Positions 1 through 11,333 of a stretch of DNA of 64,000 nt are shown here, piece by piece. The stretch is from Somniosus microcephalus. Its lineage: Eukaryota. The position numbers were made by a program, and so were the translations under genes. The stretch covers positions 29,636,001 through 29,700,000 of the forward strand of contig CM126234.1 of assembly GCA_052327205.1 (NCBI GenBank). Direction: 5' to 3'. The notes under the pieces are model-generated. The model was not told where the DNA came from. It ran no database searches and saw only the letters and a list, made by a program, of their open reading frames with translations. Each line of letters opens with the position of its first letter. Position 1 is the first letter of the stretch.

Positions 1-1585
1 CAAGCCCTGTTCCCAATGGAGTTGGTTACAAGGCTGCTTTTAAAAAAGATCATGAATGTGAATGTTCACGTACCCAATCTATTACAGCTTGGCTCAGCAT
101 ACTTCAACGGCAGCGTGGTCCCAAATAAGTCAGCGGTTAAGCTGTCTTAGGTGTGCTGTAAAGTATCATCTTTTTAATATTCCATACATTTTAATCGAAC
201 AATTTATACCTTTCTTGTATTTGTATACAAATTACAATATTTGGTGTGAAAATACGCATTCTATTTCAACAAGGATTTGCAAAAGGTTTGCATTTCCTGT
301 GTGGCTGACTTAAACTGCATGCGGAGCAACCGTCATTGGCACTTGTTATTTAACCACATTTACGCAACCCCACTCTTGGTTTCCCTTATTGCCATTACTG
401 CCAGTATCAAGTGAACAGAAACTGCCGTAGTTTTATTTTTGGTGAATTCACAGCTCAAGGATAAGTGACGTCAGGGCAGCGACAGGCTGGATGCAGAACA
501 ATGCTCCCTCGACTATGTCGTGACTTCAAGCTCAGAAGAGCACCCCTACTGAATCTGTGTAAACCCCACCCCCTTCCCATTTCTTCCAGCAAACTGGCCC
601 AGGTAAAACTGCCAACTTGTGGGCAGTTTTGTGCTGTAGACTGGGGTCCAGCAGAAACTGAATTCAGGTTCCTTAAACTCACTACATGCATCATCCTTGC
701 AGCTGGCAAAGAGCTAAGATTTCAATCCCATCGGTGTGGCTGGATTTGAACAGGCTCTGGTGTTACATAATGGGTATCCAGTGCTCCAAGAATGACAAAG
801 TTGAAAATACACTTTAGGTTCATTCAGAAATAAAATCATTGTAATGGCTTCCAAGTTAATTAGACACTTTGGTAAAGCAGTGTATGGAGCATTTCCAAAA
901 TTGTGAGGATTAAATTGCAATAGCTGGATGGTATATAAGGTTTAAAAAGTACTTGTACAGTATTTATACTGCACCCCATCACATCATCAAAACATCCCAA
1001 AAAGCTTCACACAGAGAATTACTTTTTGGAGTACAGTGATTACTATCTGGGAAAACGCAGCAGTCGTTCAGCGCTAGCAACATTGCCAAAAAAAAGTTGC
1101 AAAATAATTTTTTTTTTTTTTTGCTTGTTATCGGCAGGAAAATTTACAATTTCAGGTGCTGCGAAACGTTATTTTTGCGTCAAGAATGCAAATGGCCAAG
1201 GGTGGGAGACAAAGGAGAAGAGTAGATTTGAATATTTTGCGCCGCACCACAGCCCAGTGACTCGTTTTATTCTAAACGCAAAACCTTTTATAAAGAAAAC
1301 GCGCCTGGTGTCACGTGCAGTTGTTTTTACGCTACGTGAGGCAATGGATTTAAAGAGTTGGTGAGCTGAGCACTAGAGGGGGTAAATCAAGTATTCAGAA
1401 ATCAGAAATAATATATAATGGGTTGAAGAGGAATAGTTTAGGCACAAATAGAATCAATTGCTGGATCAGAATCCTATTTGGCTTTGGCGTGCATATTTAT
1501 ATCACACACGTCATGGGGAGCAACAAAGGAACACAAAACCTTTTCTAAAGCCTGTATGTAACTCCTTTTCTTATCTCAAGGCTCC

Positions 1586-2788
1586 TCAGTGAGGAATTGC
1601 TGTTATCCTCATACTCTGTGACGCAATTGGATAAGTAACCATTGGCGTGGTGGCATGGCTTATGGTGATTCCTGGCAGTGCTTGTGCAATTGATACTGCC
1701 ACTGGCGCAACAGAGACAGCCACCGGGGCCATGGAAACTGGAGGTGCCAGCCCCTGGGCAATGGTCTGGGCAAGTGCCGCAGGGAGAGAGGCAATCTCAG
1801 GATTAAGATGCTGAGCTGTTGGTGCAGCATTGGTCGGTGGCGCAGCGGACGCTCCAGCAGTTGCCACTAGGTCTTGCTGGGTGACTGGTCGTGGCTGAAG
1901 TGCTTGGCTGCTCAAAGTGGTGTGAGTCTGCGCGATACCGTGGTTGTAATTGGTGATTGTGCCCACAGTCGGTGCTGCCAGGGTTTGCTCTGTCGCTGCA
2001 GGAGTGGAGGTCAGCGTCACCACCTTCGTTTGGTTGCGGAAATGCGCATTTTGCTCCAAAAGTACCTCATTAGTCGCCATCAAATTTGAGATCTGCTTTT
2101 TGAGTTCCTCAACACGCTTTCGGAGCATCAGATTCTCCTCCTCTAGAAACCGATAGTCAACTGGACGTGCAGTTGGGATATTAAAATCATAAGTTTCAAA
2201 TCGCAAACCATCCACTCTTCTCCTCTTTAGAACGTGGTCGTAGTCAGTGTAGCGATCAGTGTCATAGAGGTCATCGAATGGGTCATATCGACGCACTACA
2301 GGAGAAAGCACTTGGTCTCGCGACAATCTCTCCAAAGTTCGGTTTTCATACTCGTATTCATCACGTTTTAAGTGCCGGAATTTACATTTAGATCCTCTTT
2401 GACAGTCGCCTTTTAGGTAGTCTCGGCAGATTGGAACCTCGCCTTTTTTAAAAGAGAGGTCAGAAGGCGAAAGGCCAAGACCCATGGCCACTGTAAGGCG
2501 CAAGCGGGGGGGAAGCTCTCCTGACTTTTTGTAATGTTCCTCATCCTCCTTTGTCCCATGAATAAACTTGCAGTTGATGCGAGTGCACTCCTTGTTCTGA
2601 TAGTCGTGACAAAAGACAAACTCATTCTTTTTTACGCCCAAGTCGGACACCTCATTAATGTCGGGGTGGTAGAACTTGCAGCGCTTGCCACGTTTGCAGA
2701 CATTGCGCAGGAAGTCTCGGCAAATATCGTCTGAGCTGTGGCCAGCCTCGTCATTACCACTGTTAAATAAATTATCTTTATCCGGCAT
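1586..2788 (-). CDS. ZC3H10: Zinc finger CCCH domain-containing protein 10 (canonical, 400 aa, single coding exon)
   Basis: The ORF reads MPDKDN...ICRDFLRNVCKRGKRCKFYHP...FCHDYQNKECTRINCKFIHG...ICRDYLKGDCQRGSKCKFRH...LEEENLMLRKRVEELKKQISNL...SQSMRITAIPH, closely matching vertebrate ZC3H10 from start to end. The ATG is at 2788; the ORF track's 2794 start is a GTG. Confidence 0.96.
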   Translation of the reverse strand: MPDKDNLFNSGNDEAGHSSDDICRDFLRNVCKRGKRCKFYHPDINEVSDLGVKKNEFVFCHDYQNKECTRINCKFIHGTKEDEEHYKKSGELPPRLRLTVAMGLGLSPSDLSFKKGEVPICRDYLKGDCQRGSKCKFRHLKRDEYEYENRTLERLSRDQVLSPVVRRYDPFDDLYDTDRYTDYDHVLKRRRVDGLRFETYDFNIPTARPVDYRFLEEENLMLRKRVEELKKQISNLMATNEVLLEQNAHFRNQTKVVTLTSTPAATEQTLAAPTVGTITNYNHGIAQTHTTLSSQALQPRPVTQQDLVATAGASAAPPTNAAPTAQHLNPEIASLPAALAQTIAQGLAPPVSMAPVAVSVAPVAVSIAQALPGITISHATTPMVTYPIASQSMRITAIPH

Positions 2789-2835
2789 CTTCACAGACTA
2801 TTTCTGTGCTTCTCAGCCACTGTACACAAAAACAT

Positions 2836-2852
2836 CTGAAAAAGAAAATCAA
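2836..2852 (-). promoter_or_regulatory. Splice acceptor of the ZC3H10 coding exon (exon starts at 2835)
   Basis: The minus strand reads ttgattttctttttcag|atgtttttg, 47 nt upstream of the ATG. An equivalent acceptor precedes both paralogs (14778, 51203). Confidence 0.75.
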
Positions 2853-3179
2853 GGTATGTCTTTACAGAGAAGGAAGAATTAATCCACAAAGTAAGTGTCA
2901 CTTGAACCACTGCATTTTGTGCTCAGCAAGCTGAACAGTGATTGTGGTGGAAATGAAAAAGGTTTCCAAATTTGTGTGTCCAGTGTCAGCATCAAACATT
3001 ATTAGTTTAATTGTACCACAGGTTAGATACATTTGCCTACAATTTGTCTTCACTAGAACTTCAGAAAACTACCTCCCACTGTACCAGTGTCACACTTTCA
3101 TTTCCCCAATCATTGATCCTTGGAGCCTATCTGAATTGGGCAATGATGAGTGCTAATTTGTACTAAATTATAGGTTGTT

Positions 3180-3645
3180 CTATAGAAACGCAGGAACAGG
3201 AGTAGACCATTTAGCCCCTCAAGCCTGTTCCGACATTCAATGAGATCATGGCTGATCTGCAACCTAACTCCATATACCCGCCTTTGCCCCATATCCCTTA
3301 ATACTTTTGGTTAACAAAAATCTATCAATCACAGATTTAAAGTTAACAATTGATCTAGTAGCAATTGCCGTTTGCGGAAGAAAGTTCTACACATAAAGGG
3401 TGGGAGAAGTTTAGAAGTGTTTCCTAATTTCACTCCCGAAAGGTCTGGCTCTAATTTTTAGACTATGCCCCCCTGGTCCTAGAATCCACAACCAGTGGAA
3501 ATAGTTTCTCTCTATCTACCCGATCTGTTCCCCTTAATATCTTGAAAACATTGATCAAATCACCCCTTAATCTTTAAATTTTAGGGAATACAACCCTAGT
3601 TTGTGTAATCTCTCCTGGTACTTTAACCCTTGGAGTCCGGGTAAC
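3180..3645 (-). mobile_element. CR1/HER1-like LINE 3' fragment
   Basis: The reverse complement resembles the 3' end of the CR1 at 39500-39920, including the gatcagccatgatctcattgaatg...ctcctg tail. Confidence 0.8.
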
Positions 3646-3894
3646 ATTTTGTGCTGTTGATTGATGTCCATTAAGAGCTTGTTTGAGATTTGCCAAACTT
3701 ATTTCATTTTGGACATCACAACTAGCAGAGAAAAGAGAACGTTCACTTCATCAGTCTGGGATACATTAAACAACTGCACCTACATGTAGGCCAATATAAA
3801 ATTCTGGAAAAATAATTTTTAGATTAAGGATTTTCATTGTGAATTGCTTATCCCCATCCAATCTATATTCATGTTTTCAAAAATATCAAAGAGC

Positions 3895-4045
3895 AGGGTC
3901 TTCAGGGTAGGGCAGTGAAGGCAAAAACCCTAGAGTCATTCAAGAGGCAGTTAGATACTGTGATGGGGCTGGAATTGTGGGTTTCGATGAAAGGATGAGC
4001 GAGAGGGACTGAATTGCCTCCCTCATCTCTACTTGCCTTTATGAC
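3895..4045 (+). mobile_element. Short degenerate CR1 3' fragment
   Basis: gggcagtgaaggcaaaaaccctagagtcattcaagaggcagttagat encodes an AVxAxxLxxFKxxLD-type ORF2 C-terminus, followed by a tail-like sequence. Confidence 0.5.
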
Positions 4046-4765
4046 ATGTAAATCAGTACAAAATATTGTTTGAGTACATTGCAAGGAATCTTCCCCACAG
4101 AATACAAATGAGTTTTCTTCTGGGATGCGGAGCTGTTGCTGCTCTCCCATCTCGGATTGTAGTCAAACAAGTCAACTTAAGTCTGATCCTGACACAGATC
4201 AGCCATTATGAATTCAATAAAGTGCGTAATAACATGCTTAACGCTACATTTCTTTTTAGAAATTATTGACGCAAGTTGATGCAGAGCCTCCACATTAATT
4301 TCTGTAGAAATAAACAGCACTCATCAAAATAATCAGATCCAGCAAAAAGTTAAATATGAGAATTAAAAGCAGTTGTTTGGAAAACATAATATGGAAAGTT
4401 TGTCGAACTAAACATGATTGCTGTTCATTTCTGATCTGTTCCCTCTGCAGCTTGTAAACCAATAGTACAATTCACATCAACAGCAGAACAGAGAACTGAC
4501 CCTCCTTCTTCTGAATGGAGTACAGAGCATACACTCCGTGGGTACGAGGGTTCAAACCGAGTACCTCAAATGTTCTTTCTGGGCAGTCTGTGGGATCAGC
4601 ACATGATGATTTAAAACAGCTTTCTGCTGAGCATGTGTTGTAAATTGTGTAAACAGACCTAAAGGCAAGGATATCATCACAAGAACGTAAAATAGTCGAA
4701 TGTGTAAGAGTCATTCAGCCATATCTCTAATGGTCTGAAATATGTCAGCTTGGTCACTTGTGTTT

Positions 4766-5183
4766 AGGGGAATGGGGAGAGTTTATGATGGCAATCAGGC
4801 ACTTGTGTTTATGGTAATGCATGCTTGTTTAGTTCATGTTGTTATTCTGTTGGCATTTGTATGTATCTTTGATGCGCTATGATTTATTGGTAGTATGCAT
4901 GGAATATAGTGATTAAAGGCAAAACTTGGTATAAGAAATGTGAGTGAACCACTGTTCAGCAGCTCATATTGAAACAGTTTAGTATGGAAAGACCGGAGCT
5001 CTCATACTGGTTTTGTGAAGTATGAAAAGACCCGTGAGCTTATACTGGAATCGTGGAGTATGTCTCACAGAGCCCATACTGGTTGTGGATGGTATGAGGT
5101 TTCAATAAAGTCCCGATCCTGCATTGCTACAACTGAGTGTGTGTGTAATCCGGCGTTTAAAGTAGCGAGACGAAAAAGTAACA
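4766..5183 (+). mobile_element. Probable polypurine tract plus 3' LTR of a degenerate LTR retrotransposon
   Basis: A purine tract (aggggaatggggaga) is followed by about 400 bp with AATAAA near 5105 and ends in ...gtaaca. The 5' TG and a target-site duplication are not clearly seen. Confidence 0.4.
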
Positions 5184-6105
5184 AGAAAGCAGTCCAACAC
5201 ACTCTATTCCTTGTAGTACAACATCAACTAGGATGAAAGTTCAGTAATGTGAACAAAAGTTTGTTGCTAATTCTTTTCGGAACTTTAAGTGTCAAGACTG
5301 GTTAATAACATCTTACCCTCCTCCCCACCCCCCTGACTATTCGGAGCTTCATTGTAGCAGAAGTAGGGGAGCTTCATTGTAGCAGAAGTAGAGGGTATCA
5401 GCTTTCAATACGATGAGCTGCAACCCCCACAAATTTATAAAAAGCTGTCATTGTAGTTTCACAAAGAAAAGTTTCAACAGCAGCACTTGCTTGACAAGTG
5501 GAACCGACTGGATAATCATGCAGATTTGGGAGGGGAGGGGTAAGAGAGACAAGTCAAATAGATGTTTGGCGCCTTGTGCTAAATGCAGGGTTAAACAGCA
5601 AGCCCTGAGGTTCACAATCAGTGAAAGCATAGAATGTAGCCTTTAAAATGAAGCATTCTCATGAGCAAGTGAGCTATAAATGCATAAAACCCACAATAAC
5701 CAGCCTGCATTGTGCATTTCAGAGACCATAATCTCCTTATTACATTTAGACCAGGCGTGCTTTGATAAAAAGGAGAAAATCAGGAGCAACTGCGTCCCAT
5801 AATGATTTTTTTAAAAGATTATATTGTACATCAAGATACCACCCACCCCAAGCAACACAACAGCAAACCAGCCGCACAGCCAAAGAAGGTAGGGTAGTCA
5901 GCCTCTGCCTAGCTACCCACCTTCCACATGGCCACCACCAATAAAATATCATAATTCGAAAGTGTGTGACACTACTGTGCCGAATAACTATATACCAACA
6001 GATTTATTGCATCAACGTATGATTCTAAAATGCATTGTAAACAAATACATAATTGCATCAACAAATGTGAAATTCTGGAAAAAACAGGATTACTGGAAAG
6101 ACTAA

Positions 6106-6928
6106 GGGCTCGAATTTCCAAGCCCCGTGGAGGCGGGTTTGGAGGCGGGACTGGGGGGAAAATTGCAGAATCGGGGGGCACGAACCCTTCCCGCCCCCAA
6201 CCCGTCTCCATGCCCGTTTCCCAGGAGGCGGGTACCCGACCTGTGCTGGGAGCCGCCTCCCCGAGGCGGGAAGGGGATTAGTGCCAATTAACTGCCTGTT
6301 AACAATTAAATCCCTATTTTTAGCCCTGAAGTGTGGGCTTCCCGACGGCTCCAAACCACACCAAGTTAGCGAGGCGGCCCGTCGGGCTGAAGGGCTTGGA
6401 GGGTTCGAGATGTCCGGTGTTCAGGTGAGTGATGGGTGCATGAGTGCAGAGGTAAGTGCGTTTGGTGTGTGTATAAAGTGTTTAAATAAGTTTTACTTAC
6501 CTTTACTTACTAATGCAGGCTTCCTTCCTTCAGGTCTCGGGAGTCCCTCATCTCACCGGCACAGAAAGCAGAATGGCCGGGAGCTGCCAAAAGTTGCAGC
6601 CTCTGCTTTCTGTTCTGGGGAGATTTCTAACTGAGTCGGTGGAGAAGGACTCAAGTTAGAAGTCAGATTGTCAGTGTTTGTCAGCTTCACAGAGCTGTCA
6701 AACGCTGATATTTCATCTGTCAAAAGCTCTTGACAGACGAAATGTCAATCCCTGACGTCACCTGTAACCAGATGTCCCTTAATTGGCCTGCTGAGCCCAC
6801 TGGGCGGGCTCAACAAGGTCAATCAAGGGAAAGTCACGTGGGTTGGCCACAAATCGATGGAGGCGGGACTACAACCCAAAAAGTGGGAGTCCCGCCTCCA
6901 TCATGTCCCCATTGACAAAATCCAGCCC
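6106..6928. mobile_element. Non-autonomous PIF/Harbinger-type element (MITE-like)
   Basis: The termini gggctcgaatttc and aaaatccagccc are imperfect inverted repeats, flanked on both sides by TAA (the 3-bp TWA duplication typical of PIF/Harbinger). Subterminal ggaggcggga motifs are present. Confidence 0.65.
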
Positions 6929-8129
6929 TAAGGGCTCCTCCAATGCTCAAGGATTTTAATCCACTGAGTAGCAGAGCCATACAGAGCAGCAAAGACTCAG
7001 GTTTGGCCCCTAGTCTGTGCGGAGTTAGCTGTTCCCAGCCAGGGCAGCATCACGGATGCTACAATTAGCCTCAGTGACCCTGGGGAGGGGGTGAAATCAA
7101 CTACAGATTGCCAGACAGGGTTAGCATACCAATATGTTGGGCTATGGAATGCTAGAATGCAGGCTCCCTCCTGCAAATGCTCCAAATGTCAAGTTTCCTG
7201 ACCTCAGTCACATCATCAAGCAAAAGCCAGGGAAACTTGGAAAGCAAACCACGGTCACATACCTCTTAGCAAGCGGTTACATCATGGCATCGGCAGAGGC
7301 CTGGGTGCCTATAATACTGCTGTATACAACTATCTCATCTCAGAAACATTTGGATTGTGCACTTGCACTGCTGTCCTCCATACTTTTCCACTGGGTTCCT
7401 AGCAAACATCAAACCACCACTTCAGGGGCAAGGAACAGAGGACAGTGACGAGCACAGAAACTGCAACTTCCTGAAAAAATAACTTTTAAAGTTTTCCACC
7501 CTCAGCAGCTCGGGTTGAGTCCCTGTCTCTGATTATTATTCTGTTAAACTGTTGGAAATGTGGATATGAGGTACAAATAGGATCAGGTAGGCTGCAATGT
7601 TCCTGACGGTCAAATAGCCTACTGGCACTCACTGCTCAGGCTCACACATGCAGAATGTCCACTTGGGTGAGAGACTGGAGGGCTGTCAGCACCTGTGGAA
7701 TTGTACGTCCAGATGAGTCACTGTTTTCAGGAAAGGATTGGCATGAGGGAGGGAGAAAAAGTGGAGTGCTTCAAAAAAAAACTTATATGCATCATGGTTA
7801 TGAAATTTTTCAGTTCTTGCTTCAGTTAGTGCACGTCAAATAGCTCAGCTACTTCAAAGAAATTGTAACCTCTATGCATAAGTTCGTTTTCAAAATTGTA
7901 GTGTCTGAGAAACAAATATTTAGGGTCATTTTTACCCCACCACTTTTCTCTCTTTTCCCAATGATGATCCACTGTCAAATTCTGCAAAGCTGATTTGCTT
8001 CATTTGACAATGAATCTATCCAGCAAGACCTTGAAGTAGAGTTTCCCCAACATTTTTCTGAAAGCGTAATACAGTATTTTTAGAGTACTGTACTCTAATC
8101 TCAAATCATTTCATTTGAAAATGACAATA

Positions 8130-9470
8130 TCTTCAAGCATGGGGGTCAGCTTTTATATGCTGATGATACTCAGCTTTAACTCTTTGGCATTACCTTCAAC
8201 TCTTACTGTGTTGTCCAACTGCTTGTCCGATATCAAACTGTGGATGAGCCAAAACTTTTTCCAGCTCAACATTGACAAGACCAAAGCCACCCTGTTCAGC
8301 TCCCACCTGAAACTCTGCACCCTAGCCTGCATTTCACCATTATAGGCTGAACCTGACAGTGCGCAACCTCAGTACCCTGTTGAACCCTCAAATGAGTTTC
8401 AAACCTCATATTGCATTCATTGCAAAAACCACCTCCATCCCTACTTCATCCCCATTGCTGCTGAAACTCCCATCCACGCCATCATCACCTCCAAGCTTTA
8501 CTTCTCCAATGCTACCCTCACTGGCCCCCAGAACTCCACCGACACAAACTGCAACTCACTTAAACATCTACTACCCCATATTAAGTCCCACGTGCCTCGG
8601 TCTTCACCGACTTCCACTGGCTAGTCACAGCACACCAATTTCTATTCTCATCTACAAATCTCTAGATGGCCTCACCTCCAACCTACTTCTGGAATCTTCT
8701 CCAGTCCTAGGTTTCAGTTCACACTTTCTGCTCGAGTCTGGACTACTTGTGCATCACAGACCGCGTCCCCCTCCGCCCCACCCTCTCCCCTTGATGGCAG
8801 AGCCTTCAACCATCAATGCCCATATTCTTGAATTCTCTTCCTAAATCCCTTCCACCTTGCTACCTCTTTCCCCACCTTCAAAAGCCTCCTTAAAACCCCT
8901 CTTGTAGCGTCAGCCGTGGCTCAGCTGGTAGCACTCTCGCCTCTGTCAGAAAGTTGTGGGTTCAAGTCCCACTCCAGAGACTTGAGCACAAAAATCTAGG
9001 CTGACACTCAGTGCAGTACTGAGGGGGGGTGGGGTGCTACACTGTCGGAGGTGCCGTTTTTCAGATGAGATGTTAAAACCGAGGCCTCATCTGCTCTCTC
9101 AGGTGGACATAAAATATTCTATGGCACTATTCCTAAGAAGAGCAGGGGAGTTCTTCCCAGTGTCCTGTCCAATATTCATCCCTCATTCAACATCACTGAA
9201 CAGATTATCCGGTCATTACCACATTGCTGTTTGTGGGAGCTTGATGTGCGCAAATTGGCTGCCACGTTTCCTACATTACAACAGTGACTACACTTCAAAA
9301 AGTACTTCATTGGCTGTAAGCGCTTTGGTACATCTGGTGGTCTTTCCTTTCTTTAACTACACCTTCAGTCGCCTCACCTAACTCTCACTGAGAGTGTCCA
9401 ATTCCCTCCCCATGATGTCCCTTGGGACATTTTGTTACATTAAAGACATTATACAAGTGTAAGCTATTGT
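8130..9470 (+). mobile_element. Degenerate L2-clade LINE 3' fragment, interrupted by a SINE
   Basis: Contains YADDTQL-like, CLSDIKLWMSQNFFQLNIDKT and RNL..L.PQMSFKPHI motifs. The L2 tail resumes after the SINE at about 9340. Confidence 0.7.
8907..9335 (+). mobile_element. Deu-domain tRNA-derived SINE (SacSINE1-like)
   Basis: A box tggctcagctgg, B box ggttcaagtcc, and Deu-like core gtgccgttttcagatgagatgttaaaaccgagg. Confidence 0.85.
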
Positions 9471-9846
9471 ACTAAAAAAATATAAAAATGTAAAGCATTT
9501 CGCCCGGGAACAAAAGTCTTATCAAGCAATACAACCTATTAATAATAGTAGATATTGAATCCTTAGTGTTTCAAATGCATGGGCGAGCCATAAATTCTCA
9601 AAACAATGCTTCTAAAGTCTGATTTAAGGAGCTGTTTACTGTAAATCACGCCATATACAGTAACAAGCTTGCCGAGGATTCGAAGGCTGTCATAGGATTT
9701 CTAGGCCTCAACTTTCTGCTCCATGAAACAACTGCACACACGAACACAGAATTAAACCTTCACTCGGAACATTTAAACTGTCGGGAGTAATCAACAGAGT
9801 GGGTCAGAGCGGTTAGAAAATAGACAGAAAACAGGGACATATTTAC

Positions 9847-9913
9847 ATACACGGTTCAGCTCACTCCTCCAAACACAACGAGCATCAAACAGGTCCTCCC
9901 AGACACGAGCGAC
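9847..9913 (-). other. ZC3H10: Putative non-coding first exon of canonical ZC3H10
   Basis: The minus strand reads gtcgctcgtgtctgggaggacctgtttgatgctcgttgtgtttggaggagtgagctgaaccgtgtat|gtaaat (alternative donor ccgt|gtatgt). It is an inverted homolog of the exon at 10130-10214. Confidence 0.65.
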
Positions 9914-10097
9914 TTAGAACCGCGTTTAATGTCCTTCTGTCAGATTAATAATTTGATGCACTATTTTCAAGTAAAACGTATTTAAACAGAATTCCCTCCA
10001 CCTCCCAAAGATCAATTTTGAAATTAAATGTCTGAAAATGCAGTAACGCGAAATGGTCCCCTCAACCGCACGGACGCTCAACGGGTTGCCGTTCATC
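9914..10097. promoter_or_regulatory. Putative bidirectional promoter between ZC3H10 and its paralog
   Basis: A short interval between two divergent homologous first exons, in a locally CpG-retaining region (about 9850-10560). Confidence 0.55.
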
Positions 10098-10214
10098 GAG
10101 CGATGGCTGGGGAGACAGCGGCTGCTGCGGTCGCTCTTGTCTCGGAGGACCTGCGTTCGACGTCTTTGGAGGACTGAGTGGAGAGAGAGGCAAAAAAAAG
10201 GCTGAACCGTGAAG
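10098..10214 (+). other. Putative non-coding first exon of the ZC3H10-like paralog
   Basis: A CpG-rich segment ending in the strong donor gaag|gtaagt and sharing gtcgctc..ggaggacctg..tttggagga..gctgaaccgtg with the minus-strand exon. The 5' boundary is approximate. Confidence 0.7.
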
Positions 10215-11294
10215 GTAAGTGTGCCCGTTTCTCTTGTGTTTTATAGATCGCTTTTATTCCCAGTATCGGTCGAGTGTCATTTTATTGTTTCTGCGGTTTA
10301 ACAAAAAAAATGAGCCAGGGTCGTCCCCCCGCCCCCCGACTTGTGCGCTGGCAGTTGTGTCAATTGGTGCAAATAAGTTGAGGCCTAGAAGCGCAATTGA
10401 AGCCTCGCTTGCAAGTTCGGCAACTTTCCGCCACCCAGAGCTGTCAACATCGCCATTTCGCGCGAGTTTCCCACTCAATGCCGGTAGGCCTAAGAACGAA
10501 AATGGTTGTGGGGGGGAATAGAGGAGTCCTGTCCGGTGTTCTGTGAAAGCTTATAAACCGGCTTGAAAGAATGGGATTGTGGATTCAGTGTGCAAAAAAA
10601 AAAGAGCATACATAATGTCTAAATGAAAATCGAAATAAGGAGCCGTTAAAGAGTACCCAAGCTGAAAGTATCGTTTTCAATTACGAGACTCCAATAAAAT
10701 TTTAACATTTTGATTTTAAATTTCCTGTTTAAAAATTATTTTAAGTCACTTCGTCCCGTTTGCTCCAGAAGCCGATTTTCTGTTGGCATAACTGGGTACA
10801 TCCCCAAGGGTGCTGCCCACTCCCTGGTGCTTCACCCAAGTAGCTATACACCATTCTTCATTTAGAGTCCAAGACGGGAGGGAATATCCGCAGGCTGTTG
10901 AACTTGGGGAAGGAGAAGACCATCAAAGCTGACCCTGATCCAGCATCCGTCAGTGATGGTGAAGGATTGAGAACCCTGGCTGATTCTTTTCCCCCTTGTC
11001 CTTCCCTAGCTCACTGACATGGATTCTACAAACAGTGTCGTTTGAATTAATTAAATCAGGTAATGACTGGGGATGGAAGCTGAACCTTCCTGGTCTATGT
11101 AGCGCATTTAGCCACTGAGTCATTGGAGTCCTAAAGTCTACCTGATTATGTGACTCAAAATAAATAAGTTTTAAACAGTTGATTTAAAAAAAAAAAAAAA
11201 AAAAAAAAATTCTTGGAAACTGGATGTAAAAATTTTTTTCCAAATGTGACTGTTACTTAGTTATACAATTATTATTTCCTTTTTTCCTCTTTAG

Positions 11295-11333
11295 GTCACT
11301 GCATCTTTTGCCATTCAAGAAAAAGAGTAAGCG
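11295..11333 (+). other. Candidate 39-nt 5'UTR micro-exon of the paralog
   Basis: tttcctttttcctctttag|gtcactg...gtaagcg|gtaagc: a polypyrimidine acceptor and tandem GTAAGC donors. Confidence 0.4.

Noticed and set aside
465-749. LCRDFK peptide as a fourth ZC3H10 finger remnant
   Set aside because: There is no C-x7-C-x5-C-x3-H spacing or flanking similarity, so it is likely a chance match.
8907-8985. tRNA genes at SINE heads (also 13183, 25311, 30547, 40496)
   Set aside because: The A and B boxes continue into SINE bodies and tails, so these are not standalone tRNAs.
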